The notes under the pieces are model-generated. The model did not search any database and was not told the DNA's origin. It was given only the letters and a program-made list of their open reading frames with translations. Positions 12,595 to 23,818 of a DNA stretch of 64,000 nt are shown piece after piece (position 1 is the stretch's first letter; every line of letters starts with the position of its first letter). Source of the DNA: Priapulus caudatus (taxonomy: Eukaryota); the NCBI RefSeq assembly GCF_000485595.1, contig NW_014577092.1:708190-772189 (forward strand), read 5' to 3'. Both the position numbers and the translations under genes were made by a program.

Positions 12595-15500
12595 ATATAT
12601 ATACGTCGGAGGTTCGCCCTATCGGGTAGGTAGGGTACGGTAGGTTCGGCAGGGACCTTGGTGGTAATTGCTTGGGGCGGACAGAAGATTGGCGGTAGGT
12701 CAACGCTGGGAAGCTGCATGGACCGCACGGCGAAGATTTATAACTTCGTCACTTCATCAACGAACTACAATACCGTGCTCGCATTCAATCGCGTGATTAA
12801 CATATCTCTCGTAGATTACACACTAAGTCTTCCAATTAGAGCGCAAAACGTGAGCAATGCGCGCTATAGCTGTTGATGGCAGTCAGCACTGCAGCGGTCT
12901 GATTGCTTGCCGATAATATCGCCCGAGGTCAGCGCGACAATACGATCATTGAGAAGTGTGAACGCATGCTGTGGGCACGCGTGATTAGCAAGGGCAACTA
13001 TACTTGGGTTCGTTAGGAAGGAATTGTGGAGCGTTCACCTGCCCAGGTAAACGCGTAAGCGTGCTCTCCTATTGTTCTCGCTCGCCTCGTGTCCCGCGTG
13101 TGCATAATAAACCAATTTCTCGTTGCGCGTGCCTGATAACCCCGTTTCGCAGCCAGGGTATAGCTAGCTATCTAGCTATTGGCTACCATATCGACACCCG
13201 TTGTTCACATGCACGCTGTAATAACAGGTATACGCAGGCGCGATAGGCAGCCGGGTGTTTGCTTTGGAGAACACTGGGAGAGGCACGCCGCGTTTTAGGC
13301 GTTTACCTTGATTTTAACCATACAAGATGGACGCTGCGTCATTGACACCGTACAGACTGCAGATTTGATCCTACATCAAACTGGTCCGGGCCAGGAGCGC
13401 GTCAAATCGTTTCCAGTGTGTACACGCTATCCCGCTCCAAATACGCGCTGGCCCGCACCAGTTTGGCCCCGCAAATGAAGGAGGGCCAGGACCGGGATAA
13501 CTTCAAACTTGGCCCGGGATAAGTTATCCCGCTCCAAGCTGTGTCTGTACGCAACACGCGGGCCAAATCCGGTGCTATTTCGCAATACGCATGCGCATAG
13601 CCGTATTTAGGTCACATAAAAGTACAATAGCTGTCTGCGGGGTGACGTAGCGAGTTGAACTGAGCATGCACAGTCAACCCGTGACTCATTTGATATAGCA
13701 TAAAATTTTGTGTCTGTACGGCGGCTACGATTTGACGCGCGATTGGCCCGGACTAGTTTAATGTAGGATCAAATTTTGAAGTCTGTACGGGGTATGAGTG
13801 AGTGAGTGAGTGAATGAGTGAGTGAGTGAGTGAGTGAGTGTGTGATTGAGTGAGTGAGTGAGTGAATGAGTGAGTGAGTGAGTGAGTGAGTGTGTGATTG
13901 AGTGAGTGAGTGAGTGAGCAATGACGTATATCGGATACATTGACGGGTGTGCAAGCGGTCCGTACAAACTGGAATGAAACGTGGCGAAGCAAGCAATGTA
14001 AAGCCTATAGCTGTAATAACGGCGCGGCATAACACGCCTGTTTGGTATCCAAAATGTCCGACGCTGCACTACGATTTCAAGGTGCAAATCACTAGTGCGT
14101 TACCCAAACAGCGCCATCTCCCTTTCACATCCTCTTCTCCCTCTCTCCCTTTCTTTCTCTCTGTCTTCCTCTCTCGGGCCCCCTCTCTCTCTCTCTCTCT
14201 TTCTCGCTCTCCCCCTCTCTCTCTCTCTATATATATATATATCACTCTCTCTTTATCCTTCTTCTCTTTTGTCACTTTTCCTTCTTTCTTTCTCTACATC
14301 TCCCTCTCTCCCTTATCGCGCTCTCTCTCCCTTATCGCGCTCTCTCTCCCTTATCGCGCTCTCTCTCACTCGCACGCATTATCTCACGTACCACTTCTCT
14401 TCGCCACGCAACAGCGAAGACTTCGCTGCGAAAATACCAGATTAGTTTCAATCGGTTTTAACAGAACGAGACGATTGCATTCGAAACGCGAAGTAAAATA
14501 CCCAACTTCCTATCCACGGTTCACGACCAGTTCCTGGCGAATACAATGCTACGGTTAATAGCGGAATTGCATTAAATGTGTACACGGCTCTAGCATTCAG
14601 CAGCATGTTACAGCTAAATCGGGGCTTTGCGCTGGGCTTCCACCTTTTCGCCGTCCAAGGAAACAGAACAACAGAAACTCTCATTGCATGAGTTGCAGGT
14701 GTGTGCGAAACGGCTGAAACCAATGCCTGTATTGCAGCGCTGATCGTGGTAGCTTAACTGGAAAATTGTGAACTGTTAACTGGAAAAAAAGCGACTGGAA
14801 AATTGTCTGTCAGTCGCAGTGAGTCGCACATGTATGTTCTACTTTTGCGATGCGACGCGACTAGTTCCACCGGTCTACCCGACATCAGCTGCCTTGCGAT
14901 CGCTGCGACGAGATTCGTATGCATAATCAACAATGCATGCGAATAAAAGAATCAGTGCATGCAGTCATATACACAACATGCACACAGCAACAAGTCATGT
15001 AAACTCATTTAGTTGCGCGATCTGTTGGCGATCGTCGAAAAGCGCCGTCTGCGACTGCCTGCGACCAGTCGCTGTCAGTCGCGTCGCCGTCGACCTAAGC
15101 ACTCAGTCGCAGTGAATTGCAGTGCGTCGCGTCGCGTCGCATTCAATCGCAACCCGACCTAACGGCGGCGTAAGGCCCCCGCACACGGTGAAGTTCCTGC
15201 TGAGCACGGAACGTGAGTTTCGTGCTCAGCAGGAATCTCACACACCCGCACACGGTGGCACTCGAGCAATTGTGCTATTCTCACAAGTGACACAACCATG
15301 AGTACCAGTTTTGTGTGTGAAACGGATATGATGCTAGTATGACGGGTATGGTGTTTGAATCCATGGTTATTAAGCATGAATAACGTGTATATCGTCTACG
15401 CGCCGAAACACTCTAAGTATTTTTAATTAGGTGTGATATTATGCTGATTCATGTCTGCTACCTGTGGACGCCCTCTACTGTTGCAACGCGCTTTAACTAT

Positions 15501-16317
15501 CACGAGCTCCCGGCGTGATGCTTATATGAACGAACATACGCCATCACTGGGAACGCCAACGTCAGCAACCGCAACCATCTAACCCATGACAAATTATTTC
15601 TCACTGCAAACTAACGACGCTGGTACAAAATGAGACTAACATTTATCATATATCATACAATTTATTCCCAAGTTAACCACGAATAATTGTGTAACTACAG
15701 TAAGCTGGAACTTTTCAACCATCAGCTACCATCAACAATGGGCGAGACGAACAGAAAGTAGTTCGGCTTCCTAACAATTTTTAAGATTTAAAAACAGACG
15801 TCAATTTTCTTTCATTTCTCGCGACGAATCAAAGTAACAGCTGCACGCTTGCCATTACCGCTAGCATTGATAGCACCTGGGCAAGCCTGGTCATTATCAC
15901 CGCCTCTCCTTTCCTACGAAGGATTTTCAAGAGATTCTATTAGGTAATGCAATGTATACATTACCTAATAGAATCTCTTGAAAATCCTTTCTTGGGCCAC
16001 GCACGCGACGAACACACGACTACTATTCGATAGCGTAAAATTGAATAGAAAAACAAATTCACGAAACCAAATACCAAACATCATCGTTAGACATTTCTTT
16101 CCAAAATGCTATTCTGAGCGCAAAAAGCTGATCTGGGTACACCCGCACCGCAATGTGAATTCACTCGCTCACCGACGCATTACACACACACATTGATTAT
16201 CGCGCCGTCTTCGTTGTAACCCGATGGACTCAATGTTTAGTGCCAAATGTTTTTTTACGATGCGTTTTACGAAGTGTAACAATGTGGACGTGTTTACCAA
16301 TAACAAGCACACACACA
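12595..16317 (+). repeat. Copy 2 of the direct duplication; includes a (GAGT)n array at 13794-13918 and abuts an adenylate cyclase exon
   Basis: Collinear with 4750-8970 and ends about 10 bp from the exon donor at 16327. Confidence 0.93.
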
Positions 16318-16327
16318 AATCGCCCAC

Positions 16328-16449
16328 CTGACACTGTCATGTCGCTGGATGTATATCTTGTGAAACATCGTGTCTTTCGGCGCACCGGCAATGTCCGCCT
16401 TCATCTCCATGGCAACGTGCCTCGGCAACACCGACAACAGCAAGCGCTC
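16328..16449 (-). CDS. ADCY5: Adenylate cyclase type 5/6-like internal exon (122 bp), coiled coil leading into the C1a catalytic domain: [40 protein letters not shown](S)
   Basis: Acceptor tctgcatctag| at 16450 and donor AG|GTGGGC at 16327. The peptide matches the conserved ADCY5/6 segment [20 protein letters not shown]...MFHKIYIQ. It is absent from the supplied ORF track. Confidence 0.96.
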
Positions 16450-16914
16450 CTAGATGCAGATAAACAGCGAGCAGTCGTTAATTACCGCGTTTCTGCTTAA
16501 CTAAATCAACTAAAGTTCTAACTTTCCTATATCACATTAATGAAATCCACAAGATAGAGCAATAATGGCTTTCTTATATTATAACAAGACCGAACCAGAG
16601 GTATCGTCTAAACGGTCAAACTACAGCGGCAGTAAACCATAATCGAGCGTGGCATTTGGCATTGATTCTAGCTTTTGATGCTGCCGATCGCCATATCTCA
16701 TATACGTCATATCTACGTCGTACATACACGTAAACCTGCGTACGGACATACGCATTACCATATATATATATTTGTGTGTGTATGTGGATGGCTGGATAGA
16801 TATCCAGCTAGCTAGATAGATAGATATAGATAAATGAATAGGTAGGTAGATAGATAGAGGGATAGATATTCTGCCACAGAAACCGTGTTGCCAACACCTA
16901 TATGTGATGTATAA

Positions 16915-16987
16915 TATCAGGAGTTAATGAAGACAAATTGTGAAGACAACTTTAATGAAGACAATTTGTCTTCATTAACTCCTGATA
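16915..16987. repeat. Perfect 27-bp inverted repeat with a 19-nt spacer
   Basis: TATCAGGAGTTAATGAAGACAAATTGT (16915-16941) and its exact reverse complement (16961-16987). Confidence 0.95.
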
Positions 16988-17509
16988 ATATGCTTATATG
17001 CGGCGACGTGCTGCGAAGCTACATAGCCGGAGGGCCGCAGCACGCGGGCGACGCGGCATCAATACATGATAGCATATCATAATTACACGTGCAGGAGAAG
17101 GACTGCTGGTCAGAGTGCTAACTAAACACGAAGCGAAAATTACAAGTAAACATGTGATGTGCGCGCCGGCAAAACATTTATCGAGAGAAGAAATATACCT
17201 TCCACATATACCATGCTTCAGAGTACCATCGTTCGATATGTGTGGGCAAAAGCTACAGAAAAACTTCGCTCGCGTATAGGTGCATCTGACGCTTGATGGT
17301 TTACCATGAAAGGCTGTAGGAAGCCATAGAAGGCAGGTGTATACAGGGCGCGCAGGGAAGGTATCCTCATTAATAGATGTACTGTTCGTGGTGTACGCTC
17401 ACACAGATTACAGTCACAGCCCTTACAAGCAGCATTCTCGACTGCATTTAATGCTCTTGGGGGGGGGCAAACAGTGGCTAGCAGCATGTCTACGCCCTTC
17501 TGCTACTAT

Positions 17510-17692
17510 GCCGCGTCACAGCACACTTCACCACAAGTTGCCACCACGAGCAATTTTCGTGGTGAGAAATCAAACCGGTTTGATTCTCGGCAACTCGTGG
17601 TCACCACTAAATTTCCGTGGTGAGTGGTCGTTGCCGGCCCCCGCACACTTGCCTGTACGAGCAACGAAAATGGTGAAGTGTGCTGCCCGCTT
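17510..17692 (+). mobile_element. Truncated and internally deleted copy of the 46099-46383 MITE
   Basis: Shares the internal CCACCACGAGCAATTTTCGTGGTGAGAAATCAAACCGG...GGCCCCCGCACACTT block and the right TIR ...GTGAAGTGTGCTGCCCGCTT|TA. Confidence 0.85.
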
Positions 17693-18819
17693 TACTGGAT
17701 TACTCACATCTGAATTATATTATGAAAAATATAAAAATGAAATATATATTAATATATATAAAATATGATAAATGATATTATGAAAAATCACTACCTATGG
17801 ATATACACTGGTGAAACTTGGTAAATATTAAAGTAAATAGTAACGGCAAGTGCTGTGATTTCAACATGAGACAGTTTCAGAGAATGAGGCAGGAAATTAA
17901 GAGTTACACGTCTTTATTACCTAGCAATTTCCGGCAGATTACTAATATATGAGCGCAGACGGCATATCAACTCACGTGATACAGCCTAGGCAGAAAAGAG
18001 AGAGCAGTGGTTTGCTGAATGCAATGCGATATGTAGGTGTGTGCTTGCGTATACGTGTGCGTGCGTGTGTGCGCGTGTGATAGCGTGAGTTTGTGCTTAT
18101 GTATTGGAGTGCGTGCGTGTGGGCGTGCGCGTGCGTGTACGTGATTGCGCACGCATGCGCACGCGCTCGTGTTTGCGTGAGTGTCGCTGCGCGTGTTTTT
18201 CGTGACACAGTGGATTTGCCGTGTGAATGCTTTTATCACCAGTGTATGAAGTTTGTATATCCTTGGAGCAAAAACATAACAGTATCGCGTTTCCGTTATT
18301 ATTTGATCTTCCCGCGATAATGGCGTTTCCATTGAGCTCGGTCACCTTGAATATCATCTTTTTGCAAATAACACAATGTCACCAATGCTTATCATGCAGA
18401 AGTGCTACACCAAAACGCCAAAAATCGACATCCATCTAACAGGATTAGAAATTAACCATTTCTTTGCCAGGCAGCACGTAGTTTCTATCAGAGAGAAAAG
18501 CAGGCAGCATACTTACTCACAAGGACAGAAACTCGAGGAAACCCTAGCAGCTCCACACCCACCCACACCAACTGCACTATCTTATTGCTTCTGTCCCCGA
18601 GAAAGCTGGTTTGGCTTCCTAGCCCTCCCTGTTTACCCCTGCTTCCCTCATTGCACGCACTATTACCGTATTACGCTATTATATATACGCAGTATTACGC
18701 TATTACGTGTAGCTGCATGGACCACGTTCATGCCAAAGTCAACAAAACGGTTGTCAGTGTCGAAAGTGTGAAAAATTCGCGATGACACTAGTTTATGGAA
18801 AAAACCGCGTTTCCCCGCA

Positions 18820-18950
18820 ATAAACAACAAAAGCAACAGCAACAAAACAACAACAACAGCAGCAGCCGTGACATTCACAACAACGAAAAACAACAACAGC
18901 AGCAGTGATATTTACGAAAACAAAACAACAAAAACAACAGCAGAAGCAGC

Positions 18951-18983
<33 letters not shown>

Positions 18984-18990
18984 AACATCG
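18820..18990. repeat. (CAA/CAG)n trinucleotide-rich tract
   Basis: Directly visible. Confidence 0.9.
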
Positions 18991-19536
18991 AGACAACACA
19001 ACAGTCCAGATGATGATCAGAGGCGATCGTCACCGCGAAAGCTACGTTTATCTGTAACAGTATCTGATCTAGAGGTGTGTTCTCGTACACACACACACAA
19101 ACGGACGGACGGACGATCAAGCGATTCTACAAGCTGCATCTGACTATGTCAGATGAGCTAAAAACGCACAAAAGGAGAAAGATAGAGACGATGGTGGGGG
19201 GAGTAGCGAATGGGGTAGAGGAGGAGCGAGAGGTGGGACAGAGAATCATATCGAGAAGGTAAGAGTGAGGTTGAGCGGGAGGGTAGAGGAGGTGGAAATA
19301 TACAAAGCGAGAGATATGTGGGATACAGAATGCTCTGGGGAAAGGTATATAGAGAGAGAGACAATGCGGGAGGGGAACAAATATAGAGATAGAAAACAGA
19401 GAAAAAAGAGCGCAAAAGAAAGGGCGCAGAAGAGAGTGATTAATGCAGACCGGGTAAAAGAGAGGGAGAGTGGTCAAGAGAAATAGAGAGCGCGGGAGGG
19501 AATGAGAGCGATAGAAAGGGAGGGAGTAGGAAGGGA

Positions 19537-19571
<35 letters not shown>

Positions 19572-19650
19572 AAGAGAGAAAGAGAGAAAGAGAGAGAAAG
19601 TGAACCAAGGGAGAGGCAGAGATTTCTAGCAGATAATCGATGGTTTAGAG

Positions 19651-19848
19651 CAGGGGTTCTTAACCTGTGGTCCATGGACCCCTTTGGGGTCCGTGGATGG
19701 GCTTCAGGGGGTCCGTGAACCCCATTGCATGCAAAATTTTGTGTTTATGTGCTTATGTGCACATAAACATATTTTTCTGGGGATGGGTCCGTAGCTTTCA
19801 CCAGATTCTCAAAGGGGTCAATGACTCAAAAAAGGTTAAGAACCACTG
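19651..19848 (+). mobile_element. hAT-Charlie-type MITE (198 bp), resembling Charlie4/Charlie4z
   Basis: TIRs CAGGGGTTCTTAACCT and AGGTTAAGAACCACTG match at 15/16. Perfect 8-bp TSD GTTTAGAG (19643-19650, 19849-19856) with the central TA typical of Charlie/Buster targets. A noisy inverted copy lies near 33680-33895. Confidence 0.93.
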
Positions 19849-21032
19849 GTTTAGAGGGCACCCACGGCAGCCAGCTAGAAGCTATAACACCCCCTCCCCC
19901 TCCCAGTGCAAACGTCTGCTTCATTTACGTCGAGGCGCGTGTCGCCAAAAGAGAGGATCTGGAGCACGTTGTCAGAAACAAAATCAGTCTTAACATTAGT
20001 CATAACATTAACTTCCACTCGTAAACCGTTGACAGAAACATCGCAAAGTTACGAGAATGAAAAATCCTCGCAAATATTCTCTTAACATTACGAGAGCCCA
20101 GACCCTCTCATAACTTTAATATTAAGATGAAATAACACATTTAATATTAGATTACTTTTAATATTACTTATTAATTGTTACACATTAGATATTATATTTT
20201 ATAATAATGAGTAATATGTGTTTTTCTTGAAAAACACATCAAAAACATTAATTATCTACCGGTCGTAAAACAAAACAAAACATTTACAAATGGCGTATGG
20301 CATTTGTTCTCTTGTTTTAAATACTTTGACACTGACCACGACTCTCGTGTCATGTGTTACAGTGTGAGAAGTTGTCTTGTTGTGCAGAATAAATTCAAGA
20401 CCGTGTCGTTTTTCATCAAATAATATTCATATGTGGTTAGCCATCATAATATGCATAAATTACTGTGATGTACAATAAATGTGTATGAATTTAAATTTTG
20501 TGATCGATTCTCATCCAATCATCAGCCTTGTGATGAAGTTCCTGTTATCGTAAGTTTTCTAATAGCTGCGATGTGTTTCGTAACGCTCCTCTCGTAACAT
20601 TAACATTAGTCGTAAGTGTTATCTTAGCATTATTGTTGTATTGTACATTGTGCGTTATAATTAACCAGGGGCGCTTCTAACCAGGCGAGGCAGTGGGACT
20701 AATTGTCCTGGGCTCTGGCCTGGTAGTTCGTTGTTGTTTTTGTAATGACACGGGACGTAGGGCGCGATATTTATGCGTAGCCTCACGCGTCCCATAACCC
20801 CGCCAAAATCCAGCCGGTAATGACGAAAACCGGTCGGATTGAGATGTCACCGGGCAGTTTCTGAAACGTATAAATAGACACGGACGAAAGATCATAAGTT
20901 AGTTATTACCCAGAGGAGATACGTTAGTCATTACCCAGATCATACGGGAGTTATTACATGGACTTTCCTATCAAGATGTAGCAGACGAAGACGAGACACG
21001 GGGCCTAGGCTTGGGTGCCTAGGTTGCCGTAG

Positions 21033-21566
21033 CATGGTTCATACAGGACTGAAATTTTTTCCAAGGACTTTTCAAGGACTTTTCAAGGACATTTTATCGG
21101 AAATTCAAAGACATTTTATCGGAATTCATACACAGAACAAAACATACCTGGATTAATTTAATAACCCCATTCTTAATCACTGCATGTCACCTCTAAAATT
21201 TACCTGGATCACATTAATAAACCCTTCTAAACACTGTCACTTCTACAACATACCTTGATTTACTGACTGCTTTTACTGACTTACTGTAATTTGTGATCAT
21301 CATTTAACTGTCTATCGTGTCTATAGCTTTTTAAGCTCATTTAACGCAATTTTTATTGAGGTTTGCACATTATTGATGGTACAAAATTTATTTTTATTAC
21401 AGGCAAGGATTCTTTCTAAAAATTCAAGAACATTTTCATAAAATTCAAGGACATTTTCATGAAATTCAAGGACTTTTCAAGCACAAAATCAACATTTACT
21501 AAATTCAAGTACTTTTCAAGGACTCCCCTCAAATTCAAGGACTTTTCAAGGACTGTGCGAACCATG
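21033..21566 (+). mobile_element. Non-autonomous hAT5-like element (534 bp) with a 5-bp TSD
   Basis: TIRs CATGGTTCATACAG and CTGTGCGAACCATG match at 12/14. TSD CGTAG (21028-21032, 21567-21571). Subterminal (TTCAAGGACTT)n repeats at both ends. Confidence 0.85.
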
Positions 21567-22063
21567 CGTAGTGTATATATTTGTATTGTGTTTACTAATA
21601 AAGTCAGTCTTCAAGAACAAATTCTGCGACTGCATCATCTCTACTCCTTGCTGCAATTCTACGATGCTACAATCTGCTACGATGGAACATCCCTACCATC
21701 TGCTAACTCTACGCTGCTACGATGCCGGAGCTGAGGGTTTCACCCTTCAAACCGAACTACAATATTATCATTAGCATAAATTTTACGATGTTTCTGACAA
21801 CGGCCCCCTGACAACGGAAACAAAGCAGTGTCACGCTGTAATACTACTACTTGTAATAATACTTGTAATATTACTACTTGTACTTATCCAACGACCATCG
21901 AGGCGCTGCAGCTAGCTCTGCGGTGTCCACGCTAGGAAAGCCCAAGACTGAAACTTCTGGGCTCATATGTCGCCAGTATATTAGCGCGCTTATATGTTTC
22001 ACCTGCATATCAATGCACACACATTCAACAATTCACAACTGCACACTGCTCTTATGTTGTTAA

Positions 22064-22787
22064 GGATACTGCTAGGGTTACGGACTAGTAACACTGTAAA
22101 GGGCATTGCAACATAACTGCTCATCAAATTCAATCAAACTCATATCCATTACATAAGAGAGATGTCTCTCTACGCTGTGAATAAAAAAAATTTAAAAAGA
22201 TTCATCGCTAATTAAGTGACGGCAAAAATTGTGAATTTATACAAAAAAAATGTTTTTTTGTTATTTCTCAGAAACTGCAAAGAGTTGGGACCTAAACTTT
22301 TAACCATAAGTTGTTCATAGTATAAACTAAAAAAGGCTCCCTTGAATTTTATTTAAATGCTTTAATTTAGGAAATAAGTTGAAAAGATGTACTAAAATGT
22401 GTAGTGGTTTTCAAAACGCAACAATTGCGTAAACAAAGAACCATAACTGATAAAATATAATATTAAAAAATATTCCAGGGACTCTTTTTTCCTTTGATAT
22501 GTTAGCATTAAAACGTAACGAAAAAAAATTGGAATTGGAGTTGTGCGAAATAGCGTTTGAAAAATCAACAACTTCAGCATTTCTAACAATGGCGATATTA
22601 GCACTTTTCTAAATTTCCCATGATTGAACGCATGTATTAAGAATTGACTAATGCGGGTATTTGGAACTGTTTGGGAGGCTACATACATAATTTCTACGTA
22701 TACATAGCTGCCCATGGGTGCGATCTATCAAATAAAGTGGAAATTTAAATTTCGACCGAAAATCACCTCCCAACCCTAACAGTATCC
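22064..22787 (+). mobile_element. Kolobok-type non-autonomous DNA transposon (724 bp)
   Basis: TTAA TSD on both sides (22060-22063, 22788-22791). TIRs GGATACTGCTAGGGTT and AACCCTAACAGTATCC match at 15/16. The 5'-RR...YY-3' termini point to Kolobok rather than piggyBac. Confidence 0.88.
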
Positions 22788-23139
22788 TTAAAACTAGTCT
22801 TCATCTGTCTGTCACTGTGTCGTTAAGCAGCTCGTCGAATAATTGAAAAGCACATTACGGATCTCCCTGATCCTGAGACGAGAGACGAGCGTAACAGCGT
22901 ACGTTAATAATATCGCGCAACAATTCGCCATGTTATACGGCAACCCGGACGACCAGTGCGTACGAACGATGTTGTGCGTACGAACTGTTCTTGAATCCGG
23001 CCCCAGGTCATGCTATTAACTAACCATGTTACACAAAAACTCAGCCACGTTGCAGTAAAGATTAATCATATCATGTGGCAACCTGACGCACGACTTTTGT
23101 GCCATCAACAATCTATGTTATTGACAACGCACAAGCACA

Positions 23140-23201
<62 letters not shown>

Positions 23202-23327
23202 TTAGGGTTTTTGCATCATTCTTTAATATATCGTAAAATATATGTTAAAATTAGAAGTGCCTAGTAAACATATCCTACCACCCCTTTCAGCCGGCTGCAC
23301 GTCTACGCTGTCTGCGCCATGCGTTAC

Positions 23328-23477
23328 CTGCTGCTGGTTCTCTCGCTGTGAGATGAGTCGCGCCTCGATGCAGCGTCTCGTCTCTAGGAAGGCTTGCCGC
23401 TGCGCGACCTCTGTCGGGTAGTGCGTGAACACGCCGGCAACGGCTGCCGTCACGAACAGCACAGTGTTGGCGATCAC
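23328..23477 (-). CDS. ADCY5: Adenylate cyclase type 5/6-like internal exon (150 bp, phase 0/0), last helix of the first transmembrane cluster plus coiled coil: [50 protein letters not shown]
   Basis: Acceptor ctttctcgcag| at 23478 and donor CAG|GTAACG at 23327. THYPxEVxQRQAFxETRxCIx[11 protein letters not shown] is characteristic of ADCY5/6. It joins in frame to the exon at 16449 across a 6878-bp intron. Confidence 0.96.
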
Positions 23478-23496
23478 CTGCGAGAAAGCAAGACAC

Positions 23497-23818
23497 CGAT
23501 GAATCGATCTGATTTGACGGATGAATCGATCAGATTTGATTGATGAATAGATCAGATTTGACTGATAAACCAACCTGTTTTGATTGATGAACCTATCTGA
23601 ATTGACTGATGAACCTATCTGATTTGAGAGATGAAACTATCTGATTTGACTGGTGAGCATATCCACTTTTAGTTACGACTCAATCTGAGTTCCCCGATAA
23701 ATCGATCTAATTTGATATAACGAATTCATCTGATTGGACCAATGAATTGATCCTTAACGACCGATGAATCAATCAGATCACGTGGTTTACTGCTCAATCC
23801 GATCCGATTGACCTGATG
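23497..23818. repeat. Degenerate minisatellite with an approximately 21-bp unit (GATGAATCGATCTGATTTGAC-like), about 15 units
   Basis: Visible periodicity; begins about 20 bp from the ADCY exon acceptor. Confidence 0.85.

Larger units (their letters stand above)
19098..23200 (+). repeat. Arm A (clean copy) of an approximately 4.2-kb inverted duplication
   Basis: Reverse complement of 30050-34485, including the three MITEs it contains. Confidence 0.92.

Noticed and set aside
23497..23818. CRISPR array or hammerhead (contains CTGATGA...GAAA near 23607-23636)
   Set aside because: It is a degenerate minisatellite with no spacers and no helix II or helix I pairing around the boxes.
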